A DNA stretch of 64,000 bases from an uncultured cyanobacterium (GTDB taxonomy: Bacteria; Cyanobacteriota; Cyanobacteriia; Cyanobacteriales; Nostocaceae), in assembly GCA_963706595.1 (NCBI GenBank), contig OY970166.1:3904001-3968000 (forward strand), read 5' to 3'. The position numbers were made by a program, and so were the translations under genes. Numbering within the stretch: position 1 is the first letter of the stretch; each line of letters opens with the position of its first letter. The notes beneath the pieces are model-generated. The model was not told the DNA's origin and did not search any database. It was given only the letters and a program-made list of their open reading frames with translations. Positions 9,335 through 19,807 of this stretch are shown one piece after another.

Positions 9335-9562
9335 CTAATCGCCACGGATTTCAACTAATGGTTCGCTTGTTTGCAAAATTTCTAGTGCTGCTTTGAGATC
9401 ATCTGCCTCAAGATCAGGTATTTCTTCCAGTATCTGTTCCGCACTCAGTCCAGCCGCAAACAAGTCGAGTACATCTGACACCCTAATTCTCATCCCCCGG
9501 ATACAGGGACGACCACCACATTGTTTGGGATTAACTGTAATTCTTTCAAGTAAGTTTGACAT
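9335..9562 (-). CDS. DUF433 antitoxin with foreign C-terminal tail
   Basis: ITVNPKQCGGRPCIRGMRIRV DUF433 signature. Confidence 0.85.
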   Translation of the reverse strand: MSNLLERITVNPKQCGGRPCIRGMRIRVSDVLDLFAAGLSAEQILEEIPDLEADDLKAALEILQTSEPLVEIRGD

Positions 9563-9574
9563 ACGGTTTTGCTG

Positions 9575-9859
9575 TTAATAAACTTCATCGTGCGTTCCAA
9601 TATCAAGCAAAACAATAACTTCACTATTTGTTTCCGTATCTTGTTCAATAGAGAAGACAACACGACAATCATAGCCGCAAGAGCAGGACTGAAAAGCATC
9701 AAGCTTCCCGCTTAATTTATGAGTGCCTAGTTTTGGAACAAATACATCTGCCTCCATTTGTTGAAGAGTTTCTTCAATACGTTGCTGGAGGTCAGCGTTT
9801 CGCTTCACAAACTTGCGGAATGCCCTTTTAAATTTTGGGGTCAAAACCAATGCTCTCAT
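9575..9859 (-). CDS. Type II toxin, RelE/YafQ family mRNA interferase
   Basis: TPKFKRAFRK, THKLSGKL, YDCRVVF, LLDIGTHDEVY. Confidence 0.85.
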   Translation of the reverse strand: MRALVLTPKFKRAFRKFVKRNADLQQRIEETLQQMEADVFVPKLGTHKLSGKLDAFQSCSCGYDCRVVFSIEQDTETNSEVIVLLDIGTHDEVY

Positions 9860-10083
9860 GCGTCTGGCTCTTGCAAAGACTGACGCAATGCAGTAACCAC
9901 ATCCTCTGCTGACTGGGGTTGAAATTTGTCTGCATGGAAATCAGCCAAGGTTTGTTGAGCATCAGCAGCAATTTCTGCCCGACGACTTTCATGGTGGCGG
10001 TTTTGCAGAATTTTTATCAGCATTTCCTGCTGTTCGTAGGGTAATTGTAAAGCGGTTTCTAGCACTTGGTCGAGAGTATTCAT
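9856..10083 (-). CDS. Cognate antitoxin of the RelE/YafQ toxin
   Basis: 75 aa, ATGA overlap with toxin start. Confidence 0.7.
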   Translation of the reverse strand: MNTLDQVLETALQLPYEQQEMLIKILQNRHHESRRAEIAADAQQTLADFHADKFQPQSAEDVVTALRQSLQEPDA

Positions 10084-10173
10084 GTGATTTGGCTATGACC
10101 TCTGAAATGGAAACAGATTAAGAATTTAAGTAAATTGTATCGCTATCATTAAGTTCAAGGAAAATCCAAATCT

Positions 10174-10749
10174 TTACATTAAATTACAACTACGTTGCAA
10201 CGCTTCCTTAAGTAAAGCCTGATACTCATCATCCCTAATACCGTAAGCACCAAATCTTTCTAAATGGGGATTCATCATTTGGGCATCAAATAGTACAAAT
10301 TGCTTTTGGCGTAACCTTTCCACCAACTTAACCATCGCCACCTTTGAGCCTTCAGTAATGCGGAAAAACATCGACTCACCAATGAACGCACCGCCAATTA
10401 CCAGCCCTAAAATACCCCCAGCCAATTCGTCACCTTGCCAAGTTTCAAAACTATAGGCGTAACCATTCTGGTAAAGTAACCAGTAAATCTCTTGTAATTC
10501 TCGTGAAATCCAAGTAGTTTCGCGATTAGCACATCCAGCCACCACACCCTGAAAGTCACGGTTAATCGCCACAGTAAAACGCTCTTGATTGAGAACACGC
10601 TGTAACGACTTCGGGTAGCGAAATCGCTCATCCAAAGGAATCAAAGTGCGATCGCGACTTCCGTACCATCCCAGGCCTGTATTATCATTAGCCATGAGAA
10701 AATAACCTTGAGCATAACCCCGAATAATAGCAGCGATATCATATTGCAT
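10174..10749 (-). CDS. aat: Leucyl/phenylalanyl-tRNA--protein transferase
   Basis: GYAQGYF.MA, TWIS, AYSFETW, FIGESMF, SKVA, FDAQ. Confidence 0.93.
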   Translation of the reverse strand: MQYDIAAIIRGYAQGYFLMANDNTGLGWYGSRDRTLIPLDERFRYPKSLQRVLNQERFTVAINRDFQGVVAGCANRETTWISRELQEIYWLLYQNGYAYSFETWQGDELAGGILGLVIGGAFIGESMFFRITEGSKVAMVKLVERLRQKQFVLFDAQMMNPHLERFGAYGIRDDEYQALLKEALQRSCNLM

Positions 10750-10825
10750 AATTAAGCAAACAAGCAAAAAACCCTCTCAGCGTACCTTTGCGTTTCCCTC
10801 AGCGTACCTTTGCGTTTAAAAAAAG

Positions 10826-11155
10826 ATGACTCAACCAATTCCACCCATCACCTTACCACCCTCCAACAACCCCGATCTAGAAGGACAATGGTTGCAAGAT
10901 TCCTTATTGCGGTGGCTAGATACAGAATTTTTACCAGAAATAGTCAATCAAAAAATCGCCCAACGCGCGGCGCAAATTTTTGTCCGTCAACGCATGGAAG
11001 GAGAAAACGACCTGGGATCTCTAGTTATAGCCATTGTTACAGAGATGCAGGCATTTGATTTTTCTAAAAGTTTTTATGGAGAGTTTGCGATCGCCAACGC
11101 CGTCAGCGATCTACTCTTAGACAGTCTAGGTATAGACCGTTGTTGTGGAGAATAG
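10826..11155 (+). CDS. Conserved hypothetical protein
   Basis: 109-aa ORF, WLDTEFLPE...AIANAVSDLL, divergent from aat. Confidence 0.7.
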   Translation: MTQPIPPITLPPSNNPDLEGQWLQDSLLRWLDTEFLPEIVNQKIAQRAAQIFVRQRMEGENDLGSLVIAIVTEMQAFDFSKSFYGEFAIANAVSDLLLDSLGIDRCCGE

Positions 11156-11200
11156 CTTGGCTGTGGTCATTAGTTCTTTATCCAAACTAATGACCAACCA

Positions 11201-11503
11201 CTACCAGCTAGACTTGACCACACCAGGTAAAAGACCTTGATGCGCCCATTCCCGTAGCACGTTCCGAGATAGCCCAAAGTCACTGTAGACACCTCTAGGA
11301 CGACCAGTTACCCAGCAGCGATTGCGGTGACGAGTCGGCGCACTATTCCGGGGTAGCTGTTGAATTTTCCGGTGAACTTCCAACTTATCCAAAGGAGATA
11401 CAGCGCTTTTGAACTCTTCCAACAACGCTTCTCGCTTGTCAGCGTACTTTTCTACCAACTTGGCGCGTTTTTTTTCGCGCTCAATCATACTCTTTTTTGC
11501 CAT
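11201..11503 (-). CDS. rpsN: 30S ribosomal protein S14
   Basis: [10 protein letters not shown]...[12 protein letters not shown]...LPGVVKSSW. Confidence 0.98.
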   Translation of the reverse strand: MAKKSMIEREKKRAKLVEKYADKREALLEEFKSAVSPLDKLEVHRKIQQLPRNSAPTRHRNRCWVTGRPRGVYSDFGLSRNVLREWAHQGLLPGVVKSSW

Positions 11504-11571
11504 AAATTCTCTAACAGATTTAAAGACAGCATTTTCTATCTTACCGTGTCCCCATTAATTATAGGGATATT

Positions 11572-12249
11572 TTATTTTCCTTGTCCTGCAACTAATGTTT
11601 TCCCAGCACTGGGGCATAAATCACTTAACTCACAAGCCTCACAGACAGGAGAACGGGCTTTACAAACAGCACGACCGTGATAAATTAACCGAATTGACCA
11701 ATTTTCCCAATCTGGCTGGGGTAACAACTTGATTAAATCTTTCTCAATCCGGATTGGATCAGGAAATTTAGTTAAACCCAAGCGTTGGCTCAAACGCTTC
11801 ACGTGAGTATCTACAGTCACCCCAGCATTAATACCATAAGCATGAGCTAGAACGACATTGCCAGTTTTGCGCGCCACACCTGGAAGCTGCAATAATTGCT
11901 CCATTTTGTTAGGAACAACAGAGTCAAACTCGCTGACGATTTTTCGACAAGCCCCTTGAATATTCTTCGCCTTATTGCGATAAAAACCCGTAGAACGCAC
12001 CAAATTTTCTAACTCTTCTAAATCAGCATTAGCTAAACTAGCCGCATCAGGAAAGCGTGCAAATAAAGCTGGTGTAACTTTATTGACTCGCTCATCTGTA
12101 CACTGGGCGGAGAGAATAGTTGCTACTAGCAGTTGGACTGGGGTTGAATAATTCAAGGAACAAGTTGCATCTGGATAGAGATGCTGCAAACGGGCGAGAA
12201 TTTCTAGCGCCCGTTGCTTTTGGGATGGGGATTTGCGGGTTACACTCAC
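11572..12249 (-). CDS. nth: Endonuclease III
   Basis: LSAQCTD, HhH LPGVARKT, VDTHV, CKARSPVCEAC 4Fe-4S. Confidence 0.97.
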   Translation of the reverse strand: MSVTRKSPSQKQRALEILARLQHLYPDATCSLNYSTPVQLLVATILSAQCTDERVNKVTPALFARFPDAASLANADLEELENLVRSTGFYRNKAKNIQGACRKIVSEFDSVVPNKMEQLLQLPGVARKTGNVVLAHAYGINAGVTVDTHVKRLSQRLGLTKFPDPIRIEKDLIKLLPQPDWENWSIRLIYHGRAVCKARSPVCEACELSDLCPSAGKTLVAGQGK

Positions 12250-12262
12250 TGGAATTTATGGA

Positions 12263-12336
12263 GTTTCTAGACGCGATGAATCACGGTTTTTAGATGAATC
12301 GCGGTTTCTAGACGCGATGAATCGCGTCTCTACAAG
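12263..12336 (-). repeat. REP copy 4 (12310-12336) with trailing partial tandem copies
   Basis: AGACGCGATGAATCGCGTCTCTACAAG preceded on + by gtttctagacgcgatgaatcacg / gtttttagatgaatcgcg. Confidence 0.9.
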
Positions 12337-12340
12337 GGAA

Positions 12341-13438
12341 TTACTGAAATAACTTTTGTACCCAATCTAATTGGGAAGTTAATTGACTGGTTTCTTTGAC
12401 GATCAGAAAAATGCCTAGTCCTAAAAGTAGCACTAAACCAGTTTGCATTACGCCTTCTTGAATGCGGTTAGGTAATGGCTTACCACTTACACCTTCAATC
12501 AGCAAAAATGCTAGCTGTCCGCCATCTAAAGCTGGTAAAGGCAAAATGTTGATAATTGCCAAGTTAATGCTGATTAAAGCGGCAAAGAAGAACAGACCAC
12601 CTGTGTCATTTTGGGCAATGTTGGAACCAATTTGCACAATTTTAATCGGTCCGGCTACCTGACTCGCTGTTTCGCCGAAGTTAGTGATTAGTTTCCCAAA
12701 GCCTTGAAATGTCAAGGTGACAAGGCGCTGAAATTCGGTACCACCAATGTTTAACGCTTTTCCCAGATTATTAACGGGACGGCGGACAACTTCACCATTG
12801 GGAGCAAGTCCGATACCAATACTACCTCCGGCTGGCTTATCTTCAGGAACTACATTCACTGAAAGCCTTTGGTCGCCACGGGCAATTTCTAGTTGTACAG
12901 ACTGACCAGGACTATTTTTAATGATGTCTCTGAAAGCTTCTATGTCTTGTAGCGCTGTGCCAAATTCTGTTTGATCAGCTGCTAAGATGACATCTCCTGG
13001 TTGAATTCCGGCTGCGGTAGCTACAGAACTGACTTCTGGCGCTAGTTGTTGAATTAAAACTCCTGGGGCGCTGGCTTCACCTATACCGATGAGACTCACC
13101 TGAGTTACCAAGAGGAAATAGGCAAAGATTAAATTGGCGATGACTCCGGCGCTGATTACGATCGCCCTGTCGAAAATGGGACGGTTTCGCATCAAATTGG
13201 GGTCATTGGGGGGAATATCGCTATCTGGGTCATCGTCGGGAAAGCCGACAAAACCGCCCAAGGGAAACAGACGGATAGCATATTCGGTTTGTGGTCCTTG
13301 GTATTTCCACAGAACTGGGCCGAATCCTAAAGAAAAGCGGTTAACGAGAATACCTTGAGAACGAGCTGCGGTAAAGTGTCCCAACTCGTGTACCAAGATC
13401 AGAACAGCCAAGACTGCGATCGCTGCTAAAACTGACAT
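12341..13438 (-). CDS. rseP: RIP metalloprotease RseP
   Basis: HELGH, PDZ, NILPLPALDGG. Confidence 0.95.
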   Translation of the reverse strand: MSVLAAIAVLAVLILVHELGHFTAARSQGILVNRFSLGFGPVLWKYQGPQTEYAIRLFPLGGFVGFPDDDPDSDIPPNDPNLMRNRPIFDRAIVISAGVIANLIFAYFLLVTQVSLIGIGEASAPGVLIQQLAPEVSSVATAAGIQPGDVILAADQTEFGTALQDIEAFRDIIKNSPGQSVQLEIARGDQRLSVNVVPEDKPAGGSIGIGLAPNGEVVRRPVNNLGKALNIGGTEFQRLVTLTFQGFGKLITNFGETASQVAGPIKIVQIGSNIAQNDTGGLFFFAALISINLAIINILPLPALDGGQLAFLLIEGVSGKPLPNRIQEGVMQTGLVLLLGLGIFLIVKETSQLTSQLDWVQKLFQ

Positions 13439-13580
13439 AGAGCAAATTAGTCAAAAAATTCGGATATTATTCTTATTGTAATAGTTAAGCAATGGCTAAA
13501 GAGTCTTCACCCATCCTGGGGGATCAGGTAATGGCTGGATTGAAGTCAAGACCGCTTCGGCGCAACTATGCCCCTTGGAG

Positions 13581-13711
13581 TAAGTAGGTTGGTGTTCAAA
13601 ATAGTCGTTGGGGCAAGGCAGGGAGCAGGGAGCAGGGAGCAGGGGGAAAAAGGGTTTCAGCCCTATTTACTTTTGTTCACACCTTTTGGTTATTTCACGC
13701 CCACCTACTTA
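13581..13711. mobile_element. MITE-like element containing GCAGGGA heptamer STRR
   Basis: TIRs TAAGTAGGT / ACCTACTTA; internal (GCAGGGA)x3-4 at ~13618-13645. Confidence 0.6.
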
Positions 13712-13893
13712 TACACATCCTACGTGTCTTTTCCAAAATTAAATAGTAGTCCTATAGTTGAATTAAATTTTTGCTAAAAATTAGCAAAATCATTTGCCTG
13801 AGAGGAAAAACTTGGTCAAAATCTTGTTAAGATTAGTGAAATTACTGACTTAAAGACTAGAATAGTGATAATCACATAGTTAAACTATCAAAT

Positions 13894-13907
13894 AGTGCAT
13901 CTGTACT
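13894..13907. promoter_or_regulatory. Candidate cyanobacterial LexA box upstream of sbcC
   Basis: AGTGCATCTGTACT vs consensus AGTAC-N4-GTACT (1 mismatch), 40 nt before a DNA repair gene. Confidence 0.5.
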
Positions 13908-13947
13908 GCTAGTTCGTAAAACATTTAGATGCGGCGCTATAGCCTCA

Positions 13948-16900
13948 ATGATTCCAGTACAACTTATCCTCAAAAACTTCCTCAGTTACCGTGATGCAAC
14001 TTTAGATTTTCGCGGTTTGCATACGGCTTGTATTTGTGGTTCTAATGGTGCGGGTAAATCTTCTCTTTTAGAAGCAATCACATGGGCAATTTGGGGTCAA
14101 AGCCGTGCCGGTGTTGAAGATGATGTGATTCATTCTGGTGCAAAAGAAGTTCGGGTTGATTATATTTTTCAATGTAATCAGCAAAAATATCGGGTAATTC
14201 GCACCAGAGTTCGGGGTGCTAGTGGTGTCCTGGAATTTCAAATAGAAACGGCTTCTGGGTTTCGGGCATTGACTGGGAAAGGAGTCAGAGCTACACAGGA
14301 TTTGATTTTAGAACACATCAAACTTGATTACGATACTTTTATCAATTCTGCCTACTTGCGTCAAGGTCGTGCTGATGAGTTCATGATCAAGCGTCCCAGT
14401 GAACGTAAGGAAATTTTAGCAGAATTATTAAAACTGAATCAATATGATCAATTGGAAGAAAGGGCAAAAGAGACATATCGCCAGTTGAAAGGGCGGGCGG
14501 AAGAATTAGAGCGTTCTCTGGAGTCAAGCCAAGTTCAGCTACAGCAACGGGAAGCAACACAAGCCCAAAAAACAGAGTTAGAAACTGAATTAAATCAACT
14601 GCAACAAGTTCAAGCTTTTGAGAATATTCAGTTACAAAGTTTGCAAGTTGTCCAGCACCAGCGCAGAAATTGGGAACAACAACTGAATTTTGTCAAGCAA
14701 CAACATCAAAATTTAACTCAAGATGGCGATCGCTTGCAACAAGAACAGTCATCTGTGCAGAGTCAGTTATCAGATTTAGAAGCCATCTTAAATCAGGAAG
14801 CTGAAATTAAATCTGGTTTTACCCAGTATCAAACTCTGCAAGCTCAAGAAGAAGCTTTTGCCACTAAATTTCAAGAATACACCAGTGCAACGGCTTTACT
14901 GCAACAAAAGCAACAGCAACTAACTAGCCAAATTCACGAACTAGAAAGGGAACTGCAACAAGTTCAAGGACAATTAGTCGCATTAGAACAACAAGAGCCA
15001 GAAATTCAGCATACTCTGAATAAATCGGCGGATGTCGAAGCGGCTTTAGTCCAACTTACCGCAGCTCGTCGCCGTGTGACTGATTTAGATGAACTGCAAA
15101 TGCAAGTTTCTCCTTTGTGGCAACAACGGCAAAATCTTCAAAGTCAACTGGATAAAGTTCATGCTGGTTTAGTCGCAAGATTAGAACAGTTACAAGCGAC
15201 AGAAAACCAACTACAACGCTCCTCTCAACGTCAACCGCAATTACAACAAGCGGCGAGAGACTTAGAAATCCAAATTTCGCAAATGGAGAAAGACAAAGTT
15301 TATCTGCAACGAGTCCAGGAAAAAGGGCAGGAAAGACGGCATTTTATGGAACGTCTGCAAGCTCAACAACGGGAATATGAAAGGTTATTGGGCGAATTAG
15401 AGCAAAAACTGGAAATGCTTCGGACCCCTGATGCAATGTGTCCTCTGTGTGAGCGTCCTTTAGATGAACATCACTGGAATCGTGTGGTAGATAAAACCAA
15501 AGACGAGTACAAGGATACTGAAGGGCAATTGTGGGTATTTCGGGAACAAAAGGCAGTTTCAGACCGAGAAATTCAGGTCTTGAGGCAGGAATATCGGGAA
15601 ATATTGCAAAAAGTATCACCTTATGACACTCTCAGAGAACAAAGAGGTCAATTAGCCGCACAACTGCAATCAACCAGTGATGCTGACCAACAATTACAAC
15701 AATTGGCTGCGGAAAAACAACATTTAGAGCGATCGCTGCAAGCAGGTGATTACGCCCCTGAGAAACAATTAGAATTGCGACAATTAGAAGAATATTTACA
15801 ACAACTGAATTATAATGAGCAAGACCATGCTCTAGCTAGAAGTGAAGTAGAGCGTTGGCGATGGGCAGAAATTAAACAAGGGCAAATTAAAGACGCAGCT
15901 AAACGACAAGCTCAAATTGCCGCCCGTAAACCAGAATTACAAGCAACTATTTCTCAGTTACAAAGTCAAATCCAGCAGGATCAAACTGATTCTGACTGTG
16001 CTAAAGAAATTACTCAACTTCAACGTCGTATTGCAGAAATTGGTTACAGTTCCGAGGAACATAATAACCTGCGTGTAGCTGTACGCCAAGCCCAATCTTG
16101 GCAGTTACGTTATCAACAACTGTTATCAGCCCAACAGCAGTTTCCCCAACTCCAGAAAAGATGGCAGGATTTAGAGGTTTCGAGAAACGAGAGATTGCAA
16201 GAACGGCAAAAACTGCTGACTCAAATTGAAAGTCTTACTCAAGAATTAGCGAAATCAGCTAACCCCACTGAGCAAATTAACGCTTTAGAGCAGCAAATTC
16301 AAATCCGCCGCCGACAACTTGATGAGAAAATCGCCAGTTTGGGGCGTTTAGAACAGTTGATGCTGCAATTGGAAACTCTGCAAAATCAGTATGAGCAACA
16401 GCAGCAGCAATTAAAATCTTGTAAGCAGGAACAGCGAGTTTATCAGGAATTAGCGCAGGCGTTTGGTAAAAATGGTATCCAAGCACTGATGATTGAGAAT
16501 GTGTTGCCGCAACTGGAAGCTGAGACAAATCAACTGTTATCACGGCTGAGTGCCAATCAATTACACGTACAATTTATTACTCAGAAATCTGGGCGCAGTA
16601 GTAAAGCTAAGAAGAAAAACGCCAAGCTGATTGATACTTTAGATATTTTAATAGCCGATTCCAGGGGAACGCGAGCTTATGAGACTTATTCTGGTGGGGA
16701 AGCTTTTAGAATTAACTTTGCTATCCGTTTAGCCTTGGCAAAATTATTGGCACAGAGGGCGGGTGCGGCGTTGCAATTATTAATTATAGATGAAGGCTTT
16801 GGGACACAGGATGCGGAAGGATGCGATCGCTTGATTGCGTCCATTAATGCGATCGCGTGTGATTTCGCCTGTATACTGACTGTAACCCATATGCCCCACC

Positions 16901-16974
16901 TCAAAGAAGCCTTTCAAGCCCGCATAGAGGTTCATAAAACCCAGCAAGGTTCCCAAGTCAGTTTGTCAATGTAG
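13948..16974 (+). CDS. sbcC: SMC/Rad50-family exonuclease subunit SbcC
   Basis: GSNGAGKS Walker A, coiled coil, CPLC hook, YSGGE signature, IIDEGFG. Confidence 0.95.
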   Translation: MIPVQLILKNFLSYRDATLDFRGLHTACICGSNGAGKSSLLEAITWAIWGQSRAGVEDDVIHSGAKEVRVDYIFQCNQQKYRVIRTRVRGASGVLEFQIETASGFRALTGKGVRATQDLILEHIKLDYDTFINSAYLRQGRADEFMIKRPSERKEILAELLKLNQYDQLEERAKETYRQLKGRAEELERSLESSQVQLQQREATQAQKTELETELNQLQQVQAFENIQLQSLQVVQHQRRNWEQQLNFVKQQHQNLTQDGDRLQQEQSSVQSQLSDLEAILNQEAEIKSGFTQYQTLQAQEEAFATKFQEYTSATALLQQKQQQLTSQIHELERELQQVQGQLVALEQQEPEIQHTLNKSADVEAALVQLTAARRRVTDLDELQMQVSPLWQQRQNLQSQLDKVHAGLVARLEQLQATENQLQRSSQRQPQLQQAARDLEIQISQMEKDKVYLQRVQEKGQERRHFMERLQAQQREYERLLGELEQKLEMLRTPDAMCPLCERPLDEHHWNRVVDKTKDEYKDTEGQLWVFREQKAVSDREIQVLRQEYREILQKVSPYDTLREQRGQLAAQLQSTSDADQQLQQLAAEKQHLERSLQAGDYAPEKQLELRQLEEYLQQLNYNEQDHALARSEVERWRWAEIKQGQIKDAAKRQAQIAARKPELQATISQLQSQIQQDQTDSDCAKEITQLQRRIAEIGYSSEEHNNLRVAVRQAQSWQLRYQQLLSAQQQFPQLQKRWQDLEVSRNERLQERQKLLTQIESLTQELAKSANPTEQINALEQQIQIRRRQLDEKIASLGRLEQLMLQLETLQNQYEQQQQQLKSCKQEQRVYQELAQAFGKNGIQALMIENVLPQLEAETNQLLSRLSANQLHVQFITQKSGRSSKAKKKNAKLIDTLDILIADSRGTRAYETYSGGEAFRINFAIRLALAKLLAQRAGAALQLLIIDEGFGTQDAEGCDRLIASINAIACDFACILTVTHMPHLKEAFQARIEVHKTQQGSQVSLSM

Positions 16975-17023
16975 ATATACCTCTAACTAACGTTGCTGAA
17001 GCTAGAGGTTCATTAACAGCTAA

Positions 17024-17047
17024 ATTACGAATTACGAATTACGAATT
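17024..17047. repeat. STRR heptamer (ATTACGA)n
   Basis: attacgaattacgaattacgaatt. Confidence 0.8.
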
Positions 17048-17510
17048 ATTCCACCTTTTGAGTATTACCTGTTTTTACCCAACCTTCTTGTTTCCCTGCT
17101 GTGCGAATCTTTTGCCAATTTTTATCCTGACTTTCTTCCAAGACAATCACTTCTTCATTAGCACCAACTCCAGCCACACGTTCAGCATCCATGTTTGGTT
17201 CAGCTCGCACACTCAAGCCTTGAGGCCAAGTCACACGTCCTCGGTAAGCCCCCGGTGGTAATTCGTCCGTGGGAGTTGGTGTTGGCGTTGGCGTTGGCGT
17301 TGGCGTGGGAGTTGGGGTGGATGTTGTCTTTACCTCAGTCCCTTGAGGAGTTTGCTCTGGCAATAATGGACTATCATTCGCAAAAAGCGGTTTAGGTGGG
17401 GGCATAAAACTTCTATTCATAAAATAGAGCGCAACTGCAACACCGCTACCCATTAAAATGGCGATCGCTAAGATCACCCCTAGAATAAACTTTAGTAAAT
17501 TAGAAAACAT
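17046..17510 (-). CDS. SH3b-domain membrane protein with (TP)n linker
   Basis: N-terminal TM, TPTPTP linker, GLSVRAEP...WQKIR...EGWVK. Confidence 0.85.
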   Translation of the reverse strand: MFSNLLKFILGVILAIAILMGSGVAVALYFMNRSFMPPPKPLFANDSPLLPEQTPQGTEVKTTSTPTPTPTPTPTPTPTPTDELPPGAYRGRVTWPQGLSVRAEPNMDAERVAGVGANEEVIVLEESQDKNWQKIRTAGKQEGWVKTGNTQKVE

Positions 17511-17618
17511 CTTTAAAACCTCATCACCAATGGTCAATAGTCAATAGTAGTTCTTAAATATTGACCATTGACATCCAAATGATTAATTACCTAATTATTA
17601 CAGCTGTCGCTGAATGCC

Positions 17619-19133
17619 TTAACGTAACTTACCGAAAGTATCAGTCAAAGGATTGTGTTTCGAGGCTAAACGCGCTCTTCCAGATGCAGCCCATTCTTGT
17701 AGTTGTTGAATCTGCTCAACAGCCGTTCTCGCCAGGGGTATAATTTGGCTAGCAGCTTCGAGAATATCGTCATTAGTAAAATCGCGATTTTGACTAAATC
17801 CAATGTGCATCGCTTCAACCAAGGTTTGCTCAATCTCAGCCCCAGAAAAATCGGGCGTTTCATAAGCTAATCTCTCAATATCATAACTTTTCAGGTTATG
17901 GGGGCGAAGTCGGGATAAATGAACGTTAAAAATTGCTTTTCTTTCATCTTGGGTAGGTAAACCCACAAAGAAAATTTCATCAAATCGCCCTTTACGCAAC
18001 ATTTCTGGTGGTAGGGCTTGGATATCGTTAGCAGTGGCGACAACAAACACAGGTGAGGTTTTTTCGGCTAACCAAGTAATAAAAGTTCCAAATACCCGAC
18101 TAGCAGTACCGGCATCACCTTTAGCACCAAGTCCCGAAAAGCCTTTATCTATTTCGTCAATCCACAACACACAAGGCGCGAGGGCTTCAGCAACTTGAAT
18201 CATTTGGCGAGTCCGGGATTCTGATTCGCCGACTAAACCACCAAATAACCGCCCAACATCGAGGCGTAATAGGGGTAAATGCCAATGATGGGCGATCGCT
18301 TTTGCTGTTAAAGATTTACCAGTACCTTGAATACCTAATAACATTAAACCACGGGGGTGTGGTAATCCGTACTGGCGCGCCTTCTCACTAAATGAGCCGC
18401 CCCGACGTAATAACCAATCTTTGAGGTTATCTAGTCCTCCTATATCAGAAATACGCTCAGTGGCGGGGTAAAAGTCCAGGATTTGGGTTTGGCGGATAGT
18501 TTGGCGTTTTTCCTCCAGAACTAAGTCTACATCCTCTGGTTGCAGTTCTCCGTGGGATGCGATCGCTCTGGCTAAAACCCGCCGAATCCGTTCCATTGAT
18601 AGCCCTTGACAAGAGCGCACCAAGTCATCCAGAATTTTGCCAGATAGGGAGTTTTGACCAGTGCTTTGGAGTAAGCGTTCCACCTCAGTTTTAATTTCTG
18701 GAGCTGCGGGTAAAGGAAACTCAACCACGGTGAGAACTTCGGTTAAATCGTCAGGAATGGCGACACGTGGCGATAGTAAGACCAGATTTTTGGGTTGGGA
18801 TTTGAGGAGTCTGGCTAAGTTGCGAAGTTTGCGTGCGATCGCTACATCATCCAAAAAGCGATGATAATCGCGTAAAATCAAAACAGCAGGAGCAGAGGCT
18901 GGCATTTTTTCCACAAACTCCAAAGCTTGTAAAGGGTTACGCTTACCAAACCCCGCATCATTGGGGTTTCCCTGGTAGCCATCCACAAAATCCCAAGTAT
19001 AGACAGGGCGATTACCTTGATTTGCAGCTTCTTCCCGAATCGCCGTTTCTACCCGTTCTTCCTCATAAGTGGGAATATAAATCAAAGGGTAGCGGGCGCG
19101 TAGCAGCAATTTAAATTCTTCACGAAAATTCAT
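17619..19133 (-). CDS. ycf46: Ycf46 family AAA+ ATPase
   Basis: [42 protein letters not shown]. Confidence 0.9.
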   Translation of the reverse strand: MNFREEFKLLLRARYPLIYIPTYEEERVETAIREEAANQGNRPVYTWDFVDGYQGNPNDAGFGKRNPLQALEFVEKMPASAPAVLILRDYHRFLDDVAIARKLRNLARLLKSQPKNLVLLSPRVAIPDDLTEVLTVVEFPLPAAPEIKTEVERLLQSTGQNSLSGKILDDLVRSCQGLSMERIRRVLARAIASHGELQPEDVDLVLEEKRQTIRQTQILDFYPATERISDIGGLDNLKDWLLRRGGSFSEKARQYGLPHPRGLMLLGIQGTGKSLTAKAIAHHWHLPLLRLDVGRLFGGLVGESESRTRQMIQVAEALAPCVLWIDEIDKGFSGLGAKGDAGTASRVFGTFITWLAEKTSPVFVVATANDIQALPPEMLRKGRFDEIFFVGLPTQDERKAIFNVHLSRLRPHNLKSYDIERLAYETPDFSGAEIEQTLVEAMHIGFSQNRDFTNDDILEAASQIIPLARTAVEQIQQLQEWAASGRARLASKHNPLTDTFGKLR

Positions 19134-19196
19134 AATAATAACTCTAAATAGATTTAAAATTTCTCTTAGTCCACTTTAATGGACTTTAGGTATGAG

Positions 19197-19769
19197 TTAA
19201 TCAAACTTACCTACACCTAAAACCTGCTGAACAGTTAGCGCTAGTTCTGAAAAAGCGAGAGATTTAATTTGCTGTTCCCCGATAAAAACTGATTCTTCAT
19301 AAAATCCTTCTTCAAGAAACAGCACCGTCACCTTTTTTTCTAAAGGATCAATAATCCAATATTCAGGAATTTCCAAAGCAGCATATTCAGAACGCTTAAA
19401 ACGATAATCTCGTTTAATTGATTCTGGGCTAATAATTTCCACAGCCAAAAGTGGAGGAGTTTGACAAACAGCAGATTGATCTAAAATATCCGTCACTTGG
19501 TCAACCGTTACCACATATAAATCTGCTAGCCTAGACTTACGCCATCCCGTTCTAATACCAGCCTCTCGAAAGCACAGCCAAGGTAAATTCAAGCGTCGTA
19601 TTTGTTCATCTAACTGGCTTTCAATAAATTTGGCAACTAAAATATGCCTGAAGGTAGGGGGATTCATCAGTTCTAGTCTACCGTCTACAAGTTCATAACG
19701 GTTATCTGTATCATCTTGATATGCAAGATATTCTTCAAAGCTTAATAATTGCTCTTGTGTAGTGAGCAT
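19197..19769 (-). CDS. Uma2 family endonuclease (DUF820)
   Basis: RYELVDG, LAVEIISP, KRSEYA..IPEYWIIDP. Confidence 0.9.
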   Translation of the reverse strand: MLTTQEQLLSFEEYLAYQDDTDNRYELVDGRLELMNPPTFRHILVAKFIESQLDEQIRRLNLPWLCFREAGIRTGWRKSRLADLYVVTVDQVTDILDQSAVCQTPPLLAVEIISPESIKRDYRFKRSEYAALEIPEYWIIDPLEKKVTVLFLEEGFYEESVFIGEQQIKSLAFSELALTVQQVLGVGKFD

Positions 19770-19807
19770 GATTAGCTAATTAGTTTAAAATCAATTACTT
19801 ACCTTTA

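Noticed and set aside
13568..13777. 69-aa ORF upstream of sbcC
   Set aside because: Translation of a MITE/STRR (GAGSREQG), not a protein gene
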